Source: Sminthopsis crassicaudata
Taxonomy: Eukaryota
Assembly: GCF_048593235.1 (NCBI RefSeq)
Contig: NC_133620.1
Location: 35,590,852-35,654,851 of the forward strand
Length of the DNA: 64,000 nt
Direction of reading: 5' to 3'
Made by a program: the position numbers and the translations under genes. The notes under the pieces were generated by a model. It made no database searches and had not been told where the DNA came from. It was given only the letters and a program-made list of their open reading frames with translations. Each line of letters starts with the position of its first letter. The first letter of the stretch is position 1. This document shows, piece after piece, positions 38,101 through 50,781 of this stretch.

Positions 38101-41100
38101 ATATATGGGGGGAAAAAGAAGAACATTAAATCTGGCATCATATTGTCAGCTGTTGTCCATATGGAAAAATTTAAATTGTCACGGAAAGCCGGCCAGTTAT
38201 GAAATGTTTGAGATAGATTAAAAAAAAATCTCATTTAAAACATATGAGCAATATGCTCAGAAATATAGTGTTGGACTGCCCTGAGAGCAGCCCCCAGTGT
38301 AATTTCCAAGTGTCTCTCCACATATAATTGTTCACCAGATCTAACAGTGCAAAGAGCAATGAAATATATTTTGTGCTAGGGGAAAATATATAAAAGGAGA
38401 GAAGCTTTCCTAACAATCACAACATTTTCTAGATACCATAGGCACATAACTAGATGTCTTCTATGGACATTAACTGGAGCCATTTATTCATGCTGAAGTA
38501 GCCAATGTGCAGACCCCAGCAATGAGCATCTCAAAACACTTGCCAATTATTTCACATTTGGCTGAAGTTGAGGCAAAAATCCTCTTAGACAATCCCAAAG
38601 AGCTTGACACTGATTACTTGATATTCCTGACCATAATTTGTCTCATTTCAGGAGAATATAAGCTTCTTGGGGACAGGGACCATTTTCCTTTTGTTTTTGT
38701 ATTTAATTCATCAAGTATGAACTCTTACACATAATGAGTATTTTTTGAATTAGATAAAGTAGAAGATTCACTTGAATGTTTGCATTTAGAAGAGTTTGTA
38801 TGAAAAATCCATATGATCATTAAGTTAAAGCTGGAATAGATTTTTGTTACCCTGAGATCTTTCTTAATATCCTTGCTCCTCTCACCTTCTCCAATTACTT
38901 TACAATAATAATTTCATATGGATTTTATATATGTTTATATGTTTCCATGGATAGAATAAAAATTATCTCCTAGTGGGCAGAGACTGTTGTATTTTTGACA
39001 TTGCTTCCTTGGAATTTATTGCAGTCCTTGGTATGTAATGAATACTTGAAAAATGCTTATTGATTAATTGATCTAATCTGGCCCTCTAATTTTATAAGTG
39101 GAGAAACTGAGGCCTCAAGAGATTAATTGAATTGCTCTTGGTCACACAGGTCATAAGAATCAGAATCAGGATTTGAATCCCAAAATCTCTAATTTCAAAT
39201 ATGGTGCTCTTCCCAGAACACCATGCTCCTTCCTTAGAGGATGGATCAAATTGATGTAATAAATACAATGAATGCTTTGGCCGTAGCAAACTGGCTTTTC
39301 TGAATTATAAAAACACCGGGTTGTTAAATGATAATTATGACAATGATAACAGTGATCAAATCTGGTATTTATATGTCACTTCAAGGTTTGCAAAAATCCT
39401 TACAAATATTCTCTCATTTGATTCTTACAAAAACCTTGGGAGGTAGGTGCCACTATTTTCTAAAGAAAACAGAAGCTGATACAGGGGTGTGACTTACCCA
39501 GAGTCATGCAATTAGAAAGGATCTGAAACAGGCTTCAAACTCAAATCTTCCTGACCCCAAGTCTTCCTGACCTATCCATCAGGCCACTTTCCTGCCTTTA
39601 TTGTAAATAGTGCCTTCAAACAGTAAGTATCAACAGCAAGCACATTCAACTGTAGCTTCCTGATCTCAGACTTAAATGCCTGAAGAAAAGCTTTACTTTT
39701 GGAATCTATGTGGTGAGAGTTAAGTTGTGGGTGGTATTGATCTCAATGAGTTCTGCATTTGTCCAAGATTATGCAAGCTTTTTTAGTCAGATGTTTTCTG
39801 GGGACTTATTTGACTATCACTTTCAGTGAGTTTCCTAACTTTTTCCTTTAGGATAGACTTGGTTTTTTGGAAGCAAATTTCTGATGTCATGCAAATGTTC
39901 TAATATTAAAGAAGCAGCGTATATAAGTTCAATTTCACAATCATATGTTCAGTGCTTATTTGATGCAAAGTACTTTGTGAGGTGTTATGATAAAAGAAAA
40001 CAATATTTGTGCAATGAAAAGAGTCTTCTGAGAACCTGGGTTTGAATCCTGGAAGGGCCATTTAATACCTGTGTAAAATCAACCCCTTTGGTTTTTCCTT
40101 TATAAAATGAGGGACTTGGATTGGATGGTCCCTTCCATCTCTAAAGTTAGGAACCTATGTATGTAAATTATAAAGCTCTCTGTCAGCAAGACATTCGTTG
40201 TTAATAATTTAAGCAAAGTATGAGGACCTTAGTATTAAAACAGAGCAATGTAAATCAATGCCCCCATTTTATATATGAGGAAAGTAAAGTCCCAAGAACC
40301 TAAATGACTGGTTAATCATCATTCTAGTTAATAAAAGAAAGAAGTTTTAGTCCTAGTCCCCATCACTAATCAGCTTGTGTCCTTGACTAAATAATTTCTC
40401 TGTGCTTCATTTTAAAAATCTATACAATAAGAGGATCGTGTGTTGATACATTGACAATAAGAAATTAGGATTCTACAATACAAATTTACTCTCTTAAAAA
40501 TGAGAGGCATGTTTAGGCTTGTTTTCCTACTCGATTCCCCATGTTTGATAAATGATAGTTGACAAAATGGTGTATTAGCGTCAGTGTCTATTTTCTTTTG
40601 CAATAATCTGGCTTGACTCATCAAACATACTGTACAACAGATTTTACAAACCACAGGAAAACTGGCACTGGGTTGGAGTATTTTGCTTTACCAAATGAAA
40701 TACTGTATTTACTAAAGCTGAAAAAAATGTTTTTGATCTTGTTTCAATAAATTCCTGGCCTGGAAAACAAATGCAAGTGAAATGTTTAAGCATTAAGCAT
40801 TTGCTATAGGTAAAATATCGTATGCCATTCAAGTAATCGAGGAGGATGCAGAAGTGGGTTGCAATTAGAATCTATTTTTCCTCCTTAAAACTTTCCTACC
40901 TGAGAGCTGTTGGGATGATGTATGCATATATAGGGAAAGACATAATTGAAGAATTCGGTTCGGAGATTGCTGCTTGGAAAGTATCAGACAAAAGTTCTGG
41001 GACTGGGTTGAGCTGCTGAACACATATCTAATTTATGGCAGTATGAGTATATTATAGAAATGCGTGTAGCTAAAAATGTCTGGGGCTTCAGACTTAAACA

Positions 41101-41895
41101 ATCATAGAAACCAGGTCAAGTTAGATACATATAAAAAATGCATGTCTCTTTGTGACACTTAACTAGTCTGTGGCACATTAGGGATGCTATTGAAATGAAG
41201 TTTCTACTTTGGCTGTCTCCTCTATGGTGTACCATTGGACATTTACATTCCCAAAATACGGAGAAGATTTTTTCCCCCTTTAATTGATACATGTTTTATT
41301 CCATCAGGTTTCATGGAAAATACATAGGATGGTGATCTTAATCAGAAACACTATCTATGTCTGTGTAGAACCCAGAAATGTTGTTATTGACATTAGCATC
41401 AGTGGTGCAGTATGAGATTTTTTTTTAAAGAAGCAACAGAGCTCTTGTCTCAGAAGTGAAATACTAACATACTAATGTTCTTATTTAGCATACATTTGCA
41501 TACCAAATTCCCAGAGCCCTAATTTGAAGTAAGTAAAGGAAAAAGAACACAACTACTACAATTGTATTCAGACCTTGATATTTAAAAATGGCACAAATAT
41601 TTCATTTCAAACCAATTAATTGGTTCATCTTCTAGATTAAGAGAAAAGGAAGTAAATGCAGGGAGGGAGGGAGGGAAAGTGTGAAGGGAAGGAGAAAGGC
41701 AGAGATGTGGATAGAGAGAGGGAGAGAGACAGAGATAACTACAGAAACAGAGACACAGAGAAAGAAACAGACAGAGGGAGACAGAAAGATAAAGTCATAG
41801 ACAAAGACAGTGCATAGGGATCCATCTGGCTAGAATAAATATGTTCACAAATATGTATTTATAAACCTTGCTGGATATTAAACCATGGTCTACAT

Positions 41896-42083
41896 CAAAG
41901 CCTCTTAAAGTGAGTCATGACCCCAGGTGAACTTGCAAAATTGAATGTGGGGGTCATGAAATTATGATTTATTATCAGTACGTGTTTGATTGGTACCTAT
42001 TTTATATACCTTTATACCTGAAATCATGTAAAAATTTCTCAGGTGAAGAGGGGTCACAAATAGAAAAAGTTTAAGAAGTCCTG
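41896..42083 (-). mobile_element. 188-bp hAT/Charlie-type marsupial MITE
   Basis: Terminal inverted caaagcctcttaaa / tttaagaagtcctg. Flanking gtctacat / atctaaat (6/8) fits the hAT NTCTANAN target preference. Confidence 0.75.
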
Positions 42084-42476
42084 ATCTAAATAACTTTGGG
42101 GCTGAATTTAATTTAGGGAACATTTATTAAGCACTTACTGTTTGCAGGGTACTATACCAGTTTCTAGGGTACAACAAAAGGAAATAGTTCCCATATCAGA
42201 ATGCTTTTATTCCACTGGGGAGTCTGGTGGTATAGAGTATACTATGAACACATTGAGAGGTCTATTTGAGAAGGGGGAAACTACCAATTGGCTATATCAG
42301 TGAAGACTTCATAGGGTCTATGGTACCTCAACTGAATCTTGAAAGAAAATAAGATGAACAAGTGGATTAATACATATCATAGGATTGGTCAGTGTGCCTA
42401 GTCTTTAGAGTATATGCAACATGACTTTCATGGTTCTAATCCATGTGGAAACTGGGTGATCTAGCTTCTGGGCATT

Positions 42477-42975
42477 TGTGATGGAGAGGCCATTACCTCC
42501 ATCTAAGTACAAAGGAGTATTCTCAGACTTTTCCTGTCACCTTCCTATATGGTAGTGGTGCCCTAGAATTGGTTGGTCAATCAGAAACCAGTGTGTATAT
42601 AAAAGGTTCAAGTGAACAATTTATTGGTTTCTTCTCTGATGACTTTTAAGGGAGGTTATTGAGATTTTGAGAGCTGCTGCTGGCCTCTAGGGTGGGGAGG
42701 AACATCAGGTTCTCCCTTCTCCTTGTGCCTCAATGGACTATGAGTGCTGGGGACTTCTGATTCTTTTTCCACTTGTGCTTGAAGTGAATGGAATATTTCC
42801 ATATGGGCTAGACCAAATTATGATAATGCAGACCTTTAGAAGTCCAAGAACTGGAGCTAGTATGCTAGCTGGTAGCTACAGTAGCTGAGTCCATTGAAGA
42901 ATTAGCCCTGAGGAAGGACCTGCTTTACTAGTCTGGTAATAAATTAATTTGGCCAACTCACCATATTCCATAACA
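42477..42975 (+). mobile_element. Possible solo LTR
   Basis: TG...CA boundaries, TATATAAAA at 42596-42604 and AATAAA at 42938 shortly before ...ATAACA. No matching TSD found; left boundary uncertain. Confidence 0.4.
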
Positions 42976-44459
42976 AAGGGATTGATGTGTACATCATTTA
43001 CACTACACCTAGAAGTGAACTTGGAAGAAACTTTTGGAAAGGAAGTAAAGGACTCCCATGACTAAGATGCACTGCTTGAGCACACATGTTCCAGTTCTTC
43101 TTGCTCCAAGTTTTAGTGTCCTCTCTATAGTGACTTTAATCATGTTTAGGATAGAAAATGTCTTGTACTCATCACTGTTTNNNNNNNNNNNNNNNNNNNN
43201 NNNNNNNNNNNNNNNNNNNNNNNNNNNNNNNNNNNNNNNNNNNNNNNNNNNNNNNNNNNNNNNNNNNNNNNNNNNNNNNNNNNNNNNNNNNNNNNNNNNN
43301 NNNNNNNNNNNNNNNNNNNNATGATATATTCTCAGTAAATAGCCTTGTGTAAAAGCTAGCTGAGATTAATTACTTAATTGATATTGGGGAAATATTACTG
43401 ATTGACCTATATTGGGATGTGTGGAGGGAAGAGGATATGGATGGTATAAGGTATGTGAGAAGAAAGAAGAAGGTTTGTACTTGTCCTATCTGGGAATTTG
43501 GGAGAGAGTTGTAGAATCATATATTTCAAGCTGAAAGAGATCTTAGGAATATTAGTGAGTTCAATTCCCTAATTTAACAACTGAAGAAATTGAAGTCTAA
43601 GGAGTTTAAATGAATTCACAAGATCTATTGTTTAAAAAGTTTGATTTTTCCTGAATCCAGGTCTAATAGTCCATTCACAATAAAAACAACAGAAATTATC
43701 ATTATAATAGCTAAAACTTATATAGGGCCTACTATGTGTCAGGTTAAACACTTTATGAATATTGTTTTGAATTCCTGCCTTCCTGATTTCAGGATTCATC
43801 TCAGATCTTTCTAACTCCCAGTCTGATACCATATCCACTACACTGCTTTCTCGCTCAATGTTTGCCTAGAAATAGTGAAATCTAGGTGAAATTAAAGAAA
43901 ATGAATTTGTAGTTTGTTATTTAATTGACCAAACTGGGCCTATTGAGTGACTTCCTTTAGCAGTCCAAGAATCTTACAATCTTTTGATCTTATGATCAGT
44001 GATATAACTGACCTAAGGTTGAGGACTGGTTGACAAGAGGACTGAGGAAGACAAAGGATTCAGGCGGGGAGGAAATCATTAAATTGGTTAATTATAAGGT
44101 CAACCTCATAAAGGAGGAAACTGATGTGAAAGCAGGGATGATGGTCAACAGGGACTAGCGAGATAGGGATAAAGCAGATGACCAAGTGCAAACAACAGAA
44201 GGAAGTAAACAAGCACTTATTAAACTCTTACTATGTGCCAGGCATTGTTCTGAGAAATTTATAAATGCCATCTCATGTTAGCCTTACCATTATAGCACTG
44301 GTAGATACATGTCATTATCATTCCTCTTTAATGGTTGAAGAAACTGAAGTAAATAGAAGTTGAAATGACTTACCCAGACTCACACAGCTAGTCTGAATTA
44401 GAATTTGTACTCAAATCCTCCTAACTCCAGGCCCAGTGCTGTATTTACTGTGCCATCTA

Positions 44460-45720
44460 GCTGTCCTGAAGATACTTTTTAAGAGGAATATAATGGTGGG
44501 AGATCAAATAAGAGAAGATTATGATCATATAATAATATTTCAGAATTTAAGATTATTGAGAAAGTATATTGGATACTGGCAAAGTCCCAGAGGGCTTCTG
44601 TAGATGGTTGAATAGAGTAGAAATATAAATTATAGAATTCACATGATTGATAAACTGGAAAGTCAGAGTATTTAAAAGAATATCACAGTGAATATACTGA
44701 ATCCCCAAGTAGGAAAGACAGAGATTGGTGGAAAAGATGACCGTGACACAAGTACTGTGTTCTCCAGGAAAGGAGCGAAAGTGAGTTGACTATAATGAAG
44801 ATCTGAACAAGGAGATAGAGCTAAATGGAGTGAACCTCTTAAAAATGGATAAGGTGCTGAATTTCTCTGATATCAGAGCAGAGGAGTCTGGGATTGACAA
44901 TGGGAAACATTGAAGGTGCTTACCTTAGTGCAAGCTGGGGAAGTTGGTCAAAGATGATATGTATCCCAAAGAAAGCTAGCTTTCCCTCAAAGCACAAAAT
45001 TTGCAAGAGTCTGAAATGGAAGAGCTCAGATGACAATATAGCCAGGATCAGTCAGGCAATAAACATTTATTAAGCACTAATTATGTGTTAAGCAGTATTC
45101 TAAGCTGGGATTCAAAAAGAGACAAAAGACAGTTCTTGCTTTGAAGAAGATTGCAATCTAATGGGGGGAAACCAGTAGACAAATATGTACAAATAAATTA
45201 TATATGAGATATATAGGAAAAAGTAAGAGAAGGTTTTTGAATTGAGAGGTTGGAAAAGGTTATCTGTGAAGATAAGATTTTAGTTGAGACTTAAAAGAAG
45301 CCAGAGGAGTCAGTGGGTGAAGATGAGGAGGGAGAGCATTCCAGGCATGGGGGGATATCCGAGAAATGACCATACTCTAAGATGAAGTATATGGTTTGTG
45401 TGGCAAGGAGGCCAGTTTCACTGAACCAGAGTTCTCAGTGAAGAGTAAAATAAAAGATTTAAAAATAGGAAGAGGCTAGGCTATGTAGGGCTTTAAATTT
45501 GATCCTGGAAGTGATAGAGAACCACTTGAGCTTATTGACTGGGGACTAGCAGCATGGATGAACCTGTCCTTTAGGAAAATCACTTTACTGACTGAATGGA
45601 AGTTGGATTAGAGTGGGGACATATTAAAGACAAGCAGGAAAAACTAGGAGTATTGGAAAAGTCCAGGTGTGAAATAATGAGGGTCTGCACCAGAGTGATG
45701 ATAGAGAAGAGGGACATAAT
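44460..45720 (-). mobile_element. L2 LINE remnants (internal region and 3' tail)
   Basis: Reverse L2 tail aaacatttattaagcactaattatgtg at 45060, followed by purine-rich L2-like internal sequence. Confidence 0.6.
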
Positions 45721-45794
45721 TCATTAACCATACAACAGGTCTTGTAGATTTGATTTAGATTGGATTTATCTGGTATTTATCTCAGCTAATGTAA

Positions 45795-46030
45795 TATTGT
45801 TTAGTCTCTGGATCTAGAGTCGGGAAGGCCTGAATTCAAATCTAGCCTCTGACACTATCCAAGTGACCCTGGGCAGGTCACATAATCTCTGTTTGCTTCT
45901 GTTGTAAAATGGAGGTAATAAAAGCACCTAGCTCCCAGATATTTTGTGAGGATCAAATGAAATAATATTTGAAAAGTACATAGCACAGTACCTGGCACAA
46001 TGAAGATGCTATATAAATTGATAATGATAG
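45795..46030 (+). mobile_element. MIR-family SINE
   Basis: cctgaattcaaatctagcctctgacact...gtgaccctgggcaggtcac...tgtaaaatggaggtaataaaagcacc. Confidence 0.8.
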
Positions 46031-47024
46031 TGACTACTAAAGTAGTGCTGTATGGGCTAGGTAGAAGTAAATATGACTTTTCACTTCACATCTACTTGGA
46101 ATTTAGGAATAGTGAGCTCTATGAGAAAGATATCCTGGTGCCCTGTTTCAAGTGTAGAGTTTCCGTCACCAGGGGAAGTTTAGCAGTTTGTGACATTGTC
46201 AATCAGTTAATCAATCAGCAAATGCTTATTGATCTCCTACTGCGTAGCAGGCACCTTGCTAAGCTCTGTAGGGGGTTAAAATAAGTATTCCCAGCCTCTG
46301 TGCTTAAGGAGCTAATAATTGAGATGAATTTTACATTAATTTCACCCTTCACTCATTTATTTGTGGCTCTGCCATGGAAAACAGAAACAAAGAATTCCAG
46401 TGACAAATATTTTTTGCCCTGTGTTCAAAATTCACTTCCTCCGGCGAGTATTGTTTAGATATTATAGCTCCATAGACTTCTCCATTCCCTTGGATTACAT
46501 TGGTACTTCCATATTCATTGTTATATATGTACTTTTGTTGCTGCATAGAAGGCAGTATTGAATGAGAAAGGATCTTAGAAATCAGCTGTCCTAATCTTTT
46601 CATTTTAGAGAAGAAGCAGCTTCAGCCTTAGAAAAAAATCCTAAAGAACCCTAAGAGGTTTGATGATTTCTTATAAAGTCACACTAGCAATTTGTGCCAG
46701 AACAAGGACATGAAACAGAAATTCTGCCCCCCAAGCTAATACTCCATCATACCTTATAGTTGTATCTATTTTTTATTCCCTCCAAGTAGTAAGCACTCCC
46801 AGGCAGAGCAAATGCAACATCAGCAGTTTTTCTGTGTGCTCTACCTTTAGTCCCACCCTTACCCTCATCCCCATGCCTTTTATTCACTAACATCTCTTCC
46901 TGGGGTCTACTACCTTTCCTTTCCCCACCATACAGCTTAGTTTTAAAGCAAATATTTTTTATTTTCCCCTGGGCCTATTTCCAGAGAACAATCCCATAGT
47001 TTATATTAAGGTTTGCTCTTACAG

Positions 47025-47180
47025 GGCAAAAAGACAGGGGAAATACAATAGCAAACAGAACGGGGAAAATGATAAGTTACCCAAGTATTGGCCATTCGGA
47101 CATACCTGTTTCCAATGCAGGAAATTCTGGTGGTGACTGGGAGCTGTCCGCAGCTGAAGAAGAGTTTTTGAAGGAACAAG
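47025..47180 (+). CDS. Candidate 156-nt phase-1/phase-1 coding exon (QKDRGNTIANRTGKMISYPSIGHSDIPVSNAGNSGGDWELSAAEEEFLKEQ)
   Basis: tttgctcttacag acceptor, CAAG|GTTAGG donor, length divisible by 3, one frame open end to end. Protein not recognised. Confidence 0.4.
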
Positions 47181-49324
47181 GTTAGGAAATGATTGAAGAC
47201 CTTCCAACACCTGTACATTATTGACTAACCATGGCTACATTTTGGCACAAATTCATTTTACTCTGGGTCAGATTCATGCAGGGTTAAAGGTTCTCCTATC
47301 TTTACTCAATCCATTGCAGGGTATAGTGGGTTGGAGGCTTCTTTGAGCACAGATTTTTTTATCCAGAGAGTTGCATTTGCCTCTTTCCTTTGTGATGAAG
47401 CTGCCTTCTCTGTCCTACTGTTCTACCTGGACACCCAACCCTCTCTCGTTTCTAGAGACCATATGGTCCTAGGAGGCTAAATTTGTAATTTTCCCTGGTC
47501 ATCCTCTTTAATCCCATATTTTCCATACTTGCTATTGGTTCAGGGCCTCCTCTGAAAATGGTATATATCGATTTTTTTGGGTGTAATTATTCACTCTGCT
47601 TTCTTGGCTTTCTGCTGCTTAGATGATTACACCACCTAAATGCCATTAGTTAATACAAATCATGCTCTTTTTTTTTTTTAAACAATGTGTAATCCTAGAG
47701 AGTTCTCCAAAGTCTTGAATAGCTGAATGAGTCACAGTCAATATATTATCAAATTCTGACCTTGTACCCTGGTTCTCTTGGCCTTCATATTCACTTTCTA
47801 TGTACTGTTCCCTGTTGCTTCTTGGTTCAAACCTGAGCCATTGAATTCTACTGGCTGTAAACATACAATGTCTAAAATCAAAAGTCTAAGTTTTGACTCT
47901 AAATTTTGCCCTTTCTCTATGGTTTTCTTCTACTAAATACCTATCCAATCGTATTTACTTACTTGATATGAAATCAGAGAATATATGAAAAGTAATCCTG
48001 GATTGAAATACATAAACTGTAATATCCACAAGGCCAGGGAGTAGGTCTTATTAAAACATTTTATTTTGTCTCTACTTAGAGCAATGCTCTCTACTCAGTA
48101 TGTATTTAACAAATGCTTGTTGATGAGTACAAGGAGCATTTCCTCTGCTAGTATAGTAATCAACTATACAACTAACATTACAGTTATTTGGGATAAACCT
48201 CTTTCTTTGTATCAGACTATGAAGATGCCACTGAACTTGGGTGATGGATCCTGAGATTGTTGGGAAACACATGGTTGCTTATAGTGGTTAGTTATACTCT
48301 AGTTGTTTATGAAGATGCCGATGCTGTTTTTGGGGGTTAGTAACTTGGTGGAAATGGATCCCTAGGTATGGTAAAAAGGAACAAGGACAGAAATCTCATA
48401 ATTGATGGTGGTTCAAGAGAGCCAACCCTTCCTATAAGGAAAGAGCATGAGAATGTCTGGGAATTTAGCCTGGGAGAATTATGTGTGGAGGCTGACAGAG
48501 CGATTGTGTGTGTGAACTAGGGTTAGAGGTTTAAGTAATAGAGCATATTGTTGGGGGCAAAGGCAGGAATTTTGTGGAGTGAGATCTGGGCTGTGTTTTG
48601 GATTCTAATGTCTCCTTGGCATATCAAAATCAGTACTGAGAAAAGATGAATGCCCATCAACTAGATTCACACTTAATGTGAGCTATCTCCATGAGCATTA
48701 TTGAATTTCTAGTGTCTGAAAGGCAAAAGAGACTGATCTGAGCAGGAAAGGAAATGAGGGAAGTTGAGCAAGCTTGGGATGTAGGTCATATCTGTTTGAA
48801 TATGTATCAGTAACCCTTAACTGTAGAGGTAGTGACAGGCATGTGTGGGCTGGGATTCAAGACAACTGAATTCTATTTCCTACAGTACTACTATTACCAA
48901 TTACTAATAAATACTAATAAGTAGTACTTTAAGATTTATAAAACTTTAGAAATATTATCTCATGTTTATCATTATAACAGCCTTGGAAGGTAGGTGCTAT
49001 TTTTATCCCTTTTTCCCAGTGAAGAGACTGAAATATATCCCATGATGACATTTTGATAAGTAATTTGTTCAGGATCACACAGATTGGAAGAGGTTGAGGT
49101 TGATTTGAAATCAGGTCTTCGTGAGTCCCAATCTTATGCTCTCTATATGGTGCCATCTTATTATACTTCTGTATGATCGTGGACAAATTATTTTTTCTCT
49201 CTGAGACTCTGTTTCCTGATATGTAAAATATGGGAAAAGGACTTGGTGATTTAGTTCCAAGTCTGTTCTCATGAAAACTGTTCAGGAAGATAATGATAAA
49301 AAAGAAAGACCCTTTACATTCCAA

Positions 49325-49700
49325 AATATTCATAATAGCATTATTTATAGTAACAAAGAATTAGGGGAAAAGTAGATGTCCTTTAGGGAATGGCTAAACA
49401 AATTATAGTACATGGATGTAATGTGAAAAGATAATAAATATGATGAATACAGAGAAACATGGAAAAGCTGATGTGAATTGTTTTGATGTGAGTGAGCAAA
49501 ATCGGGGAAAAACAATACATATAATGACAACAACAATGAAAAAGAAAACAACAAACAAATGGAAATTAAATACCATGAAATTATAATGACTAAATGTGAC
49601 CCCAAAGAAGAGAGATGGTAAATCACCTACTTCTTTCTTTATAGAAATAGGGAGCTATAGATATGGAATATTAGCTATAATGCCAAATTTTCTTCCTCTG
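49325..49700 (+). mobile_element. Old degraded L1 3' fragment
   Basis: atattcatagcattatttatagtaacaaag...gaatggctaaacaaattatagtacatg matches the ORF2 end. Confidence 0.65.
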
Positions 49701-49899
49701 TGGATTAGTTACTTACCTTCTTGCATTCCACCCCCACCATAAATCTCCCCATTGTCATTCTTTATGATTAGTGCAGAGCTTGGCATATAGTAAATATTTA
49801 ATTGTTGACTATTCACTTGGTCATAATTGATAGCTTTTGGGGAAAGGGAAGGAGAAATGTAGATGAAATAAAATCAATGGGTTTTAATAAATAACTGGT

Positions 49900-50145
49900 T
49901 GGTACAGTAGATGGAATCCTGAAACTGTAGTTAAGAAGACCTGAGTTTAAATCTAGTTCAAATCAAATCAAATCAAAATTGGGCAAGTCCCATAACTCCT
50001 GTCTGCCTCAGTTTCCTTCTTTGTAAAATGGAGATAATAATAACACTTACCTCCCAAGATTGTTGTGAGGCTAAAAGGAAGCAATATTCCTAAAGTACTT
50101 TGTAAACTTTAAATTGCTACGTAAACATTGGTTGTTATTATTGTC
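49900..50145 (+). mobile_element. MIR-family SINE immediately upstream of the L1 insertion site
   Basis: agaagacctgagttt...gggcaagtc...gcctcagtttcc...tgtaaaatggagataataataacacttacctc. Confidence 0.8.
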
Positions 50146-50148
50146 AAT

Positions 50149-50159
50149 GAAAATTTATT
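50149..50159 (+). repeat. 5' copy of the L1 target-site duplication (GAAAATTTATT)
   Basis: Identical 11-mer directly follows the poly(A) tail at 56640-56650. Confidence 0.92.
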
Positions 50160-50161
50160 GG

Positions 50162-50182
50162 ACTTCCGGCCAAGATGGCGGC
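50162..50182 (+). promoter_or_regulatory. L1 internal promoter start: ETS site (ACTTCCGG) next to YY1 site (CAAGATGGCGGC)
   Basis: Exact motif matches in the first about 25 nt of the element. A YY1 site at this position is characteristic of mammalian L1 5' ends. Confidence 0.8.
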
Positions 50183-50781
50183 GTGGAGGCAGACAGCTGC
50201 TTGAGCTCCTCGTTTTCTCTCAGAACTTACTTCATGACAAGCCTCTGACTTAATGCTTGACCCAGAAAGAAATCCACAAATTATTACCAAGAGAAGACAT
50301 CCTTGAAAGTCGCCAGAAAAGGTCTGTGTTTGTTCGGGGGAGGGTCAATCAGACTGGGCGCAGACTGAGGGCAGACAGCCAGAGCAAGACAGGCAGCTCA
50401 CACAGCTCAGACCAGAGGGGGAGGGGTGTGATCTCTGCCGTTCCTGTGAAAGGGCTTTTGCCCCAGTGTGGATGCTCCGTCTTGGCAGCAAGCCAGGAGC
50501 GGTGGAGAGGGTGTAAACACCGAGGTGAAGATTAAAACCCCAGAAAGCCAGCATCTCTCAGAACCCGGCCAACCCCAACCCCCACCTGGACTGACTCGGT
50601 GCGTTCTCAGAGCCTCAGAGCGCAGACTCAGTACAGTCATTGCTGTTCTGTTAGTGGCTCTCTGCTGCCCTACCCCCAGTCTGTAGAGGAAGCCCATTAA
50701 CACCATCCAGCCCCATCCCCCCCAAAACAGACCAATTGTTTCTCTTGTCAGTTTGTTTTCTTTGATTCCTGCTCTGACAAA

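Noticed and set aside
50257-50686. Sense ORFs in the L1 5'UTR (92 aa and 72 aa)
   Set aside because: They start at TTG and GTG rather than ATG and have no supporting features.
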